Assembly (NCBI RefSeq): GCF_009914755.1
Contig: NC_060930.1
DNA from: the human T2T-CHM13v2.0 reference genome, Homo sapiens
Strand: one strand, 5' to 3'
DNA: 64,000 nt
Shown here: piece after piece, positions 53,385 through 64,000 of the stretch
Position numbering within the stretch: the stretch's first letter is position 1
Layout of the letters: each line of letters starts with the position of its first letter
Notes under the pieces: generated by a model
What the model was told of the DNA's origin: nothing
The model's input: the letters and a program-made list of their open reading frames with translations, nothing else
Databases searched by the model: none
Made by a program: the position numbers and the translations under genes

Positions 53385-53580
53385 TCCATTTTCTAGGAGT
53401 CACATGAAAAAAGTAGAAAGAGGTGTAATAAATTGTGATATATTTTATTTTGCCTAATATATCCCAACAGCATCATTTCAACATGCAATCTATACATAAA
53501 ATGCATTCAGATTCTCTACATTCTTTTTCATGCAGCGCCTTCAAAATCCAGGCCGTCTCATACCCACAGCATTTCCCCGA
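53385..53580. mobile_element. MER33-like fragment
   Basis: Similar to the 14152 element (atttcaacatgca, acattctttt). Confidence 0.5.
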
Positions 53581-53636
53581 CTGCTGCGTGCTAGTGCTGG
53601 ACCGTGAGTGACCAGAGAAACCACTGCATTAAAATA

Positions 53637-54360
53637 TGGGGGTCACTCCCCCTGCAGTGTGTGTGTGGGGAGCAGGAGGCAGTGGGGGTCACTCTCCCTG
53701 CAGTGTGTGTGGGGAGGAGGAGGCAGTGGGGGTCACTCCCCCTGCAGTGTGTGTGGGGAGGAGGAGGCAGTGGGGGTCACTCCCCCTGCAGTGTGTTGGG
53801 AGGAGGAGGCAGTGGGGGTCATTCCCCCTGCAGTGTGTTGGGAGGAGAAGACAGTGGGGGTCATTCCCCCTGCAGTGTGGAGGGAGGAGAAGACAGTGGG
53901 GGTCATTCCCCCTGCAGTGTGTTGGGAGGAGAAGGCAGTGGGGGTCATTCCCCCTGCAGTGTGGGGGGAGGAGAAGACAGTGGGGGTCATTCCCCCTGCA
54001 GTGTGCGGGGAGGAGGAGGCAGTGGGGGTCATTCCCCCTGCAGTGTTGGGGGAGGAGAAGGCAGTGGGGGTCATTCCCCCTGCAGTGTGTGGGGAAGGAG
54101 GAGGCAGTGGGGGTCATTCCCCCTGCAGTGTGGGGGGAGGAGAAGACAGTGGAGGTCATTCCCCCTGCAGTGTGGGGGGAGGAGAAGACAGTGGGGGTCA
54201 TTCCCCCTGCAGTGTGGGGGGAGGAGAAGACAGTGGGGGTCATTCCCCCTGCAGTGTGTTGGGAGGAGGAGGCAGTGGGGGTCATTCCCCCTGCAGTGTT
54301 GGGGGAAGAGAAGAAGGCAGTGGGGGTCATTCCCCCAGCACTGTGCGGGGAGGAGGAGGC
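53637..54360. repeat. 42-bp minisatellite, about 17 units
   Basis: Unit ggaggaggaggcagtgggggtcattccccctgcagtgtgt(t)g; 14-aa periodicity in the ORF track. Confidence 0.97.
53689..54330 (-). other. HGC6.3: Repeat-derived ORF MTPTAFFSSPNTAGG...; probably the HGC6.3 locus, coding status doubtful
   Basis: Minus strand, about 4 kb past the AFDN 3' end as I recall for HGC6.3; the ORF lies entirely within the VNTR. Confidence 0.5.
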
Positions 54361-57230
54361 AGGACTGTGCTCGCCCCTCCCCTTCCTGGTTCAGGTCCTG
54401 CTCCTGGGACTCAGCGCTGCGCCTCTGGGAAGGGCCGGTCCAGGAGCTCCGCAAGTTGCGGGAGAACCTGGCGGGTCCGTGGTCCAGCGAGGCCTGGGAT
54501 TCAGAAGGGATGAAACGTTCCTCGACGCTTGAACACCGGCCTCCTGCCCCTGGGTCTTCCTGCTATTTCTTCCTGCCCCTCGCTCCCGCCTCGAGCCACC
54601 CCCTCGTGCTCCCCAACGCCCGCTCCTGTGCTGGTCACTGGGGGCAGTGAGAGGAGGCCAGAAGCAGAGGCGATGCCGGCGGGGAGCGGGCGGTGGGGGG
54701 GGCTTCTGGGAGCGACGGACCCGGCAGCTGCAGAGCCCAGTGCGGCTGAGTGGGGGGAGGGAGGAGGGACCCCCCTCAGAGGCTCCACGCGGAGGCCTGG
54801 GAGAATCGGGTGGGCTGGAGGCTTTCACTGGATGGTAGCCAGCTTTGGACGCAAACGTCCCACGTGACCTGTCCCCTCCCGTCTAGGCTTCCAGGACCTA
54901 GGGGTGGTGGACCTGCTCTGTCCTCCCACCCCTGGACTTCCCTGGTGATCTCCTCTCCCCTCCCACCAGGGACCTCCTACCCCCTTCCCCCTCCCCCCTC
55001 CCACACCGGAGCCTTCTCTCCCCTCCCACCCGGAACCTCTTCTCCCCTCCCACCCGGGGCCTCCTCTCCCCTCCCACCCGGGACCTCTTCTCCCCTCCCA
55101 CCCGGGGCCTCCTCTCCCCTCCCACCCGGGACCTCTTCTCCCCCCCATCCGGGGCCTGCTGTCCCCTCCCACCCGGGACCTCTTCTCCCCTCCCATCCGG
55201 GGCCTCCTCTCCCCTCCCACCCGGGACCTCTTCTCCCCTCCCATCCGGGGCCTGCTGTCCCCTCCCACCCGGGACCTCTTCTCCCCTCCCATCCGGGGCC
55301 TCCTCTCCCCTCCCACCCGGGACCTCTTCTCCCCTCCCATCCGGGGCCTCCTCTCCCCTCCCATCCGGGACCTCTTCTCCCCTCCCATCCGGGGCCTCCT
55401 CTCCCCTCCCACCCGGGACCTCTTCTCCCCTCCCATCCGGGGCCTCCTCTCCCCTCCCACCCGGGACCTCTTCTCCCCTCTCATCCGGGGCCTGCTGTCC
55501 CCTCCCACCCGGGACCTCTTCTCCCCTCCCATCCGGGGCCTCCTCTCCCCTCCCACCCGGGACCTCTTCTCCCCTCCCATCCGGGGCCTGCTGTCCCCTC
55601 CCACCCGGGACCTCTTCTCCCCTCCCATCCGGGGCCTCCTCTCCCCTCCCATCCGGGACCTCTTCTCCCCTCCCATCCGGGGCCTCCTCTCCCCTCCCAC
55701 CCGGGACCTCTTCTCCCCTCCCATCCGGGGCCTCCTCTCCCCTCCCACCCGGGACCTCTTCTCCCCTCCCATCCGGGGCCTCCTCTCCCCTCCCATCCGG
55801 GACCTCTTCTCCCCTCCCATCCGGGGCCTCCTCTCCCCTCCCACCCGGGACCTCTTCTCCCCTCCCATCCGGGGCCTCCTCTCCCCTCCCACCCGGGACC
55901 TCTTCTCCCCTCCCATCCGGGGCCTGCTGTCCCCTCCCACCCGGGACCTCTTCTCCCCTCCCATCCGGGGCCTCCTCTCCCCTCCCACCCGGGACCTCTT
56001 CTCCCCTCCCATCCGGGGCCTCCTCTCCCCTCCCACCCGGGACCTCTTCTCCCCTCCCATCCGGGGCCTCCTCTCCCCTCCCACCCGGGACCTCTTCTCC
56101 CCTCCCATCCGGGGCCTCCTCTCCCCTCCCACCCGGGACCTCTTCTCCCCTCTCATCCGGGGCCTGCTGTCCCCTCCCACCCGGGACCTCTTCTCCCCTC
56201 CCATCCGGGGCCTCCTCTCCCCTCCCACCCGGGACCTCTTCTCCCCTCCCATCCGGGGCCTCCTCTCCCCTCCCACCCGGGACCTCTTCTCCCCTCCCAT
56301 CCGGGGCCTCCTCTCCCCTCCCATCCGGGACCTCTTCTCCCCTCCCATCCGGGGCCTCCTCTCCCCTCCCACCCGGGACCTCTTCTCCCCTCTCATCCGG
56401 GGCCTGCTGTCCCCTCCCACCCGGGACCTCTTCTCCCCTCCCATCCGGGGCCTCCTCTCCCCTCCCACCCGGGACCTCTTCTCCCCTCCCATCCGGGGCC
56501 TGCTGTCCCCTCCCACCCGGGACCTCTTCTCCCCTCCCATCCGGGGCCTCCTCTCCCCTCCCACCCGGGGCCTCCGCGGCTTTTAAAACTGTCTGCTGTG
56601 TGCTGTGCACGTGCTGGGAGCACAGTAGCGAAGCCGGGACAGATAAAGTTCTTCTAGTCACTGCCCTCTTGGAGTATACCGTTGAATCCGGGAAGTAGAT
56701 CAATGAAATAAACACAGAATGGTTGTAAAATACAGAACGCTGGGAAGTGGAGGTGCGTGGTCTTACCCGTGTTTATAATTCAGCCGTCGCCTAACCTGAG
56801 AAATCAAGGATTTCTGCGTCGTGCGCGTGCCCGCTGAGCTGAGCTCTGCTGGGAGGGGGAGTCCTTCTCCGGCTGGAGGCTGAGGGCAGGAGCTCTCGGT
56901 GAGAGGCTGCGGCCAGCGGTGCTGTGAGCCGGGCGGGGGTCAGCGCGGGCGGCCGGGGCGAGGCTGACAGCACAGCAGGGGCCGAGCTCCCCCGGGTCAG
57001 GCGGGACCAGGAAGGGATCATCCTTCTTTTGAGGGCACGGAGCCACCGTCGGAGGGCCTGTGAGAAGGGTGGGAAGCTGAGATTACATTCCTATTCTGAA
57101 AATGTCACACTGTGGAGGGCGGTGGTTCAAGCGCAGTAATGGCCATGGAGGGAGAACACCGCCCGGGGACACCCGGGGTGGCAGGGACCGGAGCCCCGGA
57201 AACCTGAGCAAAACGCGCAAAATGGGGAAA
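54360..57230. promoter_or_regulatory. CpG-island-like GC-rich block enclosing the 24-bp VNTR
   Basis: Dense CG dinucleotides at 54360-54900 and 56570-57230, plus one CCGG per repeat unit. Confidence 0.6.
54950..56575. repeat. 24-bp VNTR (48-bp dimer), about 65 units, C-rich top strand
   Basis: cctcctctcccctcccacccggga alternating with cctcttctcccctcccatccgggg. Confidence 0.97.
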
Positions 57231-57265
57231 ACCACCCAGGTTTTAATGGAAATTGTGCGAACAGC

Positions 57266-58040
57266 TGTCAACGAAGAGTCAAACTCTGTAAAATATTTGA
57301 AGAGATTTATTCGGAGCCAAATATGAGTGACCACAGCCTGTAACACGGCCCTCAGAAGGTCCTGAGAACGTGTGCCAAGGTGGCCGGGGCACAACTTGGT
57401 TTTATACAATTTAGAGAGGCAGGAGACATCAATCAAATACGTTTAAGAAATACATGGGTTCTGCCCAGAAAAGCGGGACAACTCAAAGGGCAGGGGGAGG
57501 GCTTCCAGGCTCTAGGTAAATGTAAACACTTTCTGGTTGACAATTGGTTGAGTTTCTCTGAAGACCTGGGATCAGTAGAAAGGAAATGTTCAGGTTAAGA
57601 TAAAAGACTGTGGAGACCAAGGTTCTTTTGAAGCCTCATAGTGGCTGCCCTTGGAGACAATAGGTGACAAATGTTTCCTATTTAGATCTTTAAAAGGTGC
57701 TAGACTCTAGTTCATTTCTTCAGGATTGGGAGGGCCTGGAAGAAAGATCTAGCCATGTTAACAGAGATTCTTTACAGATGTACACGTCCCCCAACAACGG
57801 ACAGCTCTGCAGGACCGTTTCAAAATATGGCAAAGAAACATGCTTTTGGGGTAAAATATTTTGACTTTCTTCCTTGTCTCGTAATGTTATGCACGAGTCA
57901 GGTTTGGAAAGCAAGTCACAATATATAGGGTTAAATAAAACCCATCTGATAAGAATTTATGATTTGTAGGGCATGACTCCCCAGACCCCTTAGATAGGAA
58001 TTTGAGTAAGAGTTAAAAAAAAATCAGAGCATAGTCCTCA
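57266..58040 (-). mobile_element. Solo ERV1 LTR, MER4 group (MER4D/E-like)
   Basis: TG...CA ends, 775 bp, 4-bp target-site duplication CAGC at 57262 and 58041. Confidence 0.85.
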
Positions 58041-58589
58041 CAGCAAAAATCAGATGACAAATATTTATTCAAGAAAGTCTGCTGAAACTCCCTAAGAATA
58101 ATGATCATCTGTGGCTCCCTCCTTCCCCCACCCCAGCTCATCTTGACAGAAGCCCCACTCTTGGTGGTTGTGGCCAAGGAGACAGGGCTCGCTCTCCCCT
58201 CAGCTCCCACCCGAGGGTCCCCTTATCTCACCAGGAGGGACAGATGCCAGCATTTCTCACCCCAGCACCCAGTTGAAGAGGCTAAATTCCTGGTGAGCAT
58301 GACGGACAGCCCCCTTCCTCCAGCCAGTCCCTACTCATCGGATGGGGCTCTAGCCCAAGAACAGCGGGCTAAGAAGGCTGGGATCCAGTTGCTGTGCCCA
58401 GCTCCACTGTAGGACGCAGTTCCGTAAAAAGAGGCAAACTGAAAAGACCAGAGAGCAGGGCAGTCCACAGGGAAGAAAAGGTTGCTCTGAAGCTCTTCCC
58501 AAAGGAACTGGCTTTATTGGAAACAGCGTGGAAACATTCAAGCCTGAAGGCATGCTCTGAAATGATTGTTCCTCTTAATTAGGAGCAAT

Positions 58590-58984
58590 GAATTGGTCTG
58601 TGAGGGCTGCCAGAACAAAGCACCACAGACTGGGGGCTTAAACAACAGAAATTTCTCCCTCACAGTTCTGAGGCGGAAGCGTCTGAGCTCAAGGCGTTGG
58701 CAGGTTTGGTTGCCTCAGAGGCCTCTCTCCTTGGCCTGTGAATGGCCCCCTTCTCACTGTGTCCTCACGTGGTCTTTTTTCATTCCTTGTGTCTCTGTGT
58801 CCAGATTTCCTCCTCTTGTAAGGACACCAGTCACATTGGAATACGGCCCACCCCCATGGACTCATTTTAACTTAATCACCTCTTTAAAGGGCCTATCTTC
58901 AAATAGAATCATGTTCTAATACGCTGGGGGTTAGGACTTCAACATACGAATTCGAGGGTAGAGACACAATTCAGCACATCATCA
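58590..58984 (-). mobile_element. MLT1-type MaLR LTR
   Basis: ggcttaaacaacagaaattt ... cacagttctg ... ttaggacttcaacatacgaatt. Confidence 0.8.
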
Positions 58985-59049
58985 ACAAACTAATTCATAG
59001 CCCTGCTAGGTTGCTAGAGAGAACCAAGGTGACACTAAGAAGAGCCCTC

Positions 59050-59388
<339 letters not shown>

Positions 59389-60566
59389 TTAAAAAATGTT
59401 CACTGCTGCAGTTTAATTGGACCAGACATTGAAGAAATGTATGCCCAGGTCATTACTGAAAATCATAGAGCAATCAGTTAGTAATTAATGGAGCTTAACA
59501 GGTAGATATGATACCGCATGAGGTAGATAGCTTAACAGAGGGATCAAGGAAAGAGATAGCCAGTGTCCCCACCAAAACCACCACAACCCAGGCTGGCTGC
59601 GTGCATGCCCAAGGCTGAGTCCTCCAAGGAACTACCCCAGAGGCTTCACACTGCAGGGGAAATAAGCTTCACTGAAATAGTCTAGCCAAGTGACTCAACA
59701 AATAAGCAAAACAACAAAACCAAGCTACAGAGAGGGAAGAGAGGAATCAGCATGTAGTTTGTATACTGTTACCTAAAACATCCGATTTTCAACAAAAATG
59801 TAGACATGCAAAGACATTCAAAGAAACAGGAAAATGAGACATGAGGAAAACACAGGAAACAAAAGCTGCCTTGTGAGGGCCTAGATTTTTTTTTTAATTT
59901 GACTCTGACTAGCAGGAGGGCCTAGATGTTGAGTAGACAGAGACTTCAAAGCAGACATTACAGCCATGTTCAAAAAACTAAACAACACTGTGCTCATAGA
60001 AGTGAGGGAAACCATGACAATGTCTCATCAAATAAAAAAAAATACAGAGATTGAAATTATTTTTTAATGATAATCCTGGAGCTGAAAATAACTGAAATGC
60101 CAAAAAACATCTGGCAGGGCTCATGAGTAGATTTGAACTGAAAAGTCAGCAAACTTTAAGATAGATTGGTAGAAATTATGTTATCTTAAAAACGGAGATA
60201 AAAATAGATTGAAAAAAAGGAATAGAACCTCAGAGAAATATGTGAACCCTTTAAGCCCCCCAGCATATGCATAATGAAAGCAAAAGGAGAGAAGAGAGAT
60301 AAAGGGGCAGAAAAACATTCAGAGAAATAATTGCTGAAAACTTCCCAAATTTGCTTAAAAATGTGAATCTCTCAAAGAAGTTCAATGAATCCCAAAAGTA
60401 GGATAAATACAAAGAGATTCACACTCACACATGTCATAGTACAAATGTTTGAAGCCAACATGAAAATCTTGAAAGCAGAAAGTGGGAACGAGTTGCCGTG
60501 TACAAGAGAACCCAAAAGGACTGATGGCTGTCTTCTCCTCAGCAATGATGGAAGTCAGAGGGCAGT

Positions 60567-60913
60567 TGATACGGTTTGGCTGTTTCCCCACCCAAATCTC
60601 ATCTTGGATTCCCACTGTTGCGGGAGGGACCTGGTGGGCGGTAATTGAATCATGGGAGCAGATATCTTTCCCATGCTGTTCTCGTGATAGTGAATGAGTC
60701 TCACGAGATCTGACGGTTTTAAAAGGAGGAGTTTCCCTGCACAAGCTCCTTCTGTCTCTCTCTGTCACCATGTGAGGTGTGACTTTCCCCTTCTGCCATG
60801 GTTGGAAGGCCTCCCCAGCCACGTGGAACTGTAAGTCCAGTAAACCTCTTTCTTTGGTAATTTGCCCAGTCTTGGGTTTGTCTATATTAGCAGCATGAAA
60901 ATGGACTCATACG
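60567..60913 (+). mobile_element. THE1-type MaLR solo LTR
   Basis: tgatacggtttggctg...cccacccaaatctcatcttg; 5-bp target-site duplication GCAGT. Confidence 0.9.
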
Positions 60914-61794
60914 GCAGTGGAGTGACATGTTCAAAGTGCTGAAAGAAAAAAAAGCTGTCAATCAAGAGTCTTATATCTGGCAAAACTGTCTTTCAAAAAT
61001 TAAAGCAAAATAAAAGCATTCTTCAAAAAAAAAATCAGAGAGAATTTCTTGTGAAAAGGAAATCCCTCAGGCTGAAAGCAAGTGAAACCACAAGGAAACT
61101 CAAATCCACAAAGAGCATCAGTAAAGGTAATTATATAATTATAAAAGACAGTAGACATGTATATTTCTTCATTTTCCTTCTCTTAACTGATTTAAAGAAC
61201 AGTTGTATAAGACAGAGTGTGTATAATTGTACTGTTGGCCCTGTAACATGTAGAAATGTAATGTATTTGACAAAAATAACACAAAGGATGTGATGAAGGC
61301 AAAGTTTTACTGGAGTCAGGAAAGGACGCCAGTGACTCGAATCCACAGGACCAAATGAAGAGAAACAAACATGGTGAATAAAAAGAGAAATAGAACTTGC
61401 ATATAAATAAATATGTATCCTCCTTCCTTTTCTCACCTCCTTTAATGAACATGAAATTATGTAAAGTCATAATTATAACAATGTATTATATTTATAACAT
61501 ATATACATATAATGTGTATAACTATAATAATATAAAAGGAGGGAAGAATACACCTAACAACAGGGCTCCTGAACTAGTGAGACAAAAACCAACAGAATGG
61601 AAGAGAAATAGGCAATTCAAAAACAAGGATGGCAGACTTCAATACTCTACCTGCAATTATGGGTAGACCAACTAGATAGAAAATCAGCAAGTAAGCAGAA
61701 GACTCAAAGAATGCGATAAACTGAACAGACCTAACAGACATCTGTAGAACACGCTACCTAACAACAGAATTGAAAATTCTTCTCAAGTGCGCAT

Positions 61795-61917
61795 TGAACA
61801 CGCTCCAGGATAAACATGCTAAGTCATAGAACAAGCCTGAATCATATATGATTTATATCCTTTAAATGTATTCAGGCTTGTTCTGTGACCTAGCATGTTT
61901 ATCCTGGAGCGTATTCA
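61795..61917. repeat. Inverted repeat, 48-bp arms with 3 mismatches and a 27-nt spacer
   Basis: 61795-61842 compared with the reverse complement of 61870-61917. Confidence 0.95.
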
Positions 61918-62043
61918 GAATAGAGTTAAACTCACTAAACAAATTCGGCAAGGTTGAAGAATATAAGATCAATATACAAAAAGCAAATGTATTTCTATAC
62001 TGTAGAAATGAACAACTGAAAATGAAATTAAGAAAACAATTCC

Positions 62044-62511
<468 letters not shown>

Positions 62512-62777
62512 TTACAATAGCATCAAAAATATCAAAACATTTCAGGATACCTTTAACCAAAGAAGTACAAGGTATAAGACTTAACAAGACTTTTACACTG
62601 AAAATGATGTTCACCATTATTAGCCACCAGGGAAAGACAAATAAAACTGCAGTGTGACACCACTGCTTGTCACAAAGAGGACTATAATAAAAAAGAGAGA
62701 AAATAACAGGTGTTTGAGAGTAGGTGGAGCAATCAGGATCCTCATGCAATTGTGTGGGAAAGTAAAACTAATGCTGC

Positions 62778-63300
62778 TGTTACCGGATGGGACATCTTGA
62801 CTGTGAGTTGTCCAGGTTCTTGGTGCGTTGAACAAAGAATTGAACAAAATTGAACAAAGAATTGAACAAAATGTACAAACAAAGCAACAAAAGAAAGAAG
62901 CAACAAAAGAAAAAAGCAACAAAAGAAAACAGCAACAAAAGCACAGATGTATAGAAAGTGCAGATTTACTGAAGCGAAAGTGCACTCCACAGAGTGGGAG
63001 CGGGCTCAAGCAAGCGGCTCAAGATCCCCAGTTGCAATGTTCTTTAGGGCTTTTCTTAAGCGAAAAGAATTTGGTAACACCCCTGGGTGCCCTTTAGAGG
63101 CCTGTGACCAATCAGAGGCTGAAGCAGAGATGTGGCCCGTGGTCAGTCCGAGGCTGACGTGCAACTTGTCTGTCTTGTTATCACTGGAGGGAGGCTGTGG
63201 CCTGTGTGCTGCCCAGTCCTGCCTGGAAGTAGCTGCACCTGCTGTTCTTCTGCTTATGCCTTCACCCTTGGTTACCCGAATTCCCTATCCTCCTGCCTCA
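62778..63300 (-). mobile_element. MER51-like ERV1 solo LTR
   Basis: tgttacc...tccaggttcttgg...gaacaaagaattg ... tcctgcctca; flanks CTGC/CAGC. Confidence 0.75.
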
Positions 63301-64000
63301 CAGCTGCTTTGGAAGACAGTCTAGCAGTTCCTCAAAATGCTAGGTATATGCACCCGAGAGAACTGAAAACACTTCTCCACAAAGCTTGTACGTGAACGTC
63401 CTGGCAGCATGACTCTTAATAACCAAAGAGAAAACCTCAACGTCCGCCAGCTGATGAATGAATAAACAAAATGTTGTACATCCATACAATGAAATACTAT
63501 TTGGCAATAAAAAGGAATGAAATTCTGATATTGCTACACATGGCTGAGCCCTGAAAACATGCAGAGTGGAAGCCAGACACGAAGGACCACGTGTTGTGTG
63601 ATTCTATTTACATTAAATGTCCAGAATCGGCAAATAGAGACAGAAAATAGATCAGTGGTTTCCTGGCACTGGGGTAGGAAGTAGTTAGGAGTAATGTCTA
63701 AGGGTTTCTTCTGAGGAAGATGAACATATTCTGAACCTTTCTGGTGAGTCGCACTTGAAGGACACTAAAGCTTGCTGAACTGTGCACTTGAGATGAGTAA
63801 ATTGTCTGGCGTGTGATTTGTACCTCAGTCAGGATATGGAAATATTTTCAATTTCCTATTCCAGAAAGAAGAAGCTGGCAGAGAGTGGTGGTGTCCGCTC
63901 CTGCAGTTGTCCATGAAGAGAGGGTGCCCTTTTGGAATTAAGTGGATTGGAGAGGAAATATTCCAGAGATTTCTTTTTAAGAGCTTAAATGGACTGCATA

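Noticed and set aside
54750-56715. ORFs of 579-635 aa on both strands
   Set aside because: Translations of a stop-free 24-bp tandem repeat; no splice or protein-family evidence

Overview
Primate, almost certainly human, genomic DNA containing the 3' half of AFDN (MLLT4/AF-6, afadin; 6q27 from recall) on the + strand. I reconstructed 13 constitutive coding exons plus a 33/36-nt micro-exon by reading splice sites and checking phase. They run from the linker upstream of the PDZ domain, through the PDZ domain (split by a 17.3-kb intron) and the proline-rich/coiled-coil region, to the long-isoform stop at 47438-47440 and a 3'UTR of about 2 kb. Four successive exons can each read through their donor into an in-frame stop, giving alternative C-termini. 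Downstream lie a 42-bp minisatellite (probably the HGC6.3 locus), a CpG-rich block with a 24/48-bp VNTR, and a nest of LTR, Alu and L1 remnants. The long ORFs in the supplied track other than AFDN exons are repeat artefacts. The best leads for something undescribed are: a candidate intronic promoter and first exon (about 10.7-11.0 kb) that splices in frame into the middle of the PDZ; a stop-free, symmetric 1002-nt exon flanked by inverted Alus; a palindromic 52-bp triplication in the 3'UTR; and a 48-bp-arm fold-back at an L1 deletion junction. No prokaryote-type system (CRISPR, operon) is present. Repeat family names and isoform knowledge come from recall, not from searches.
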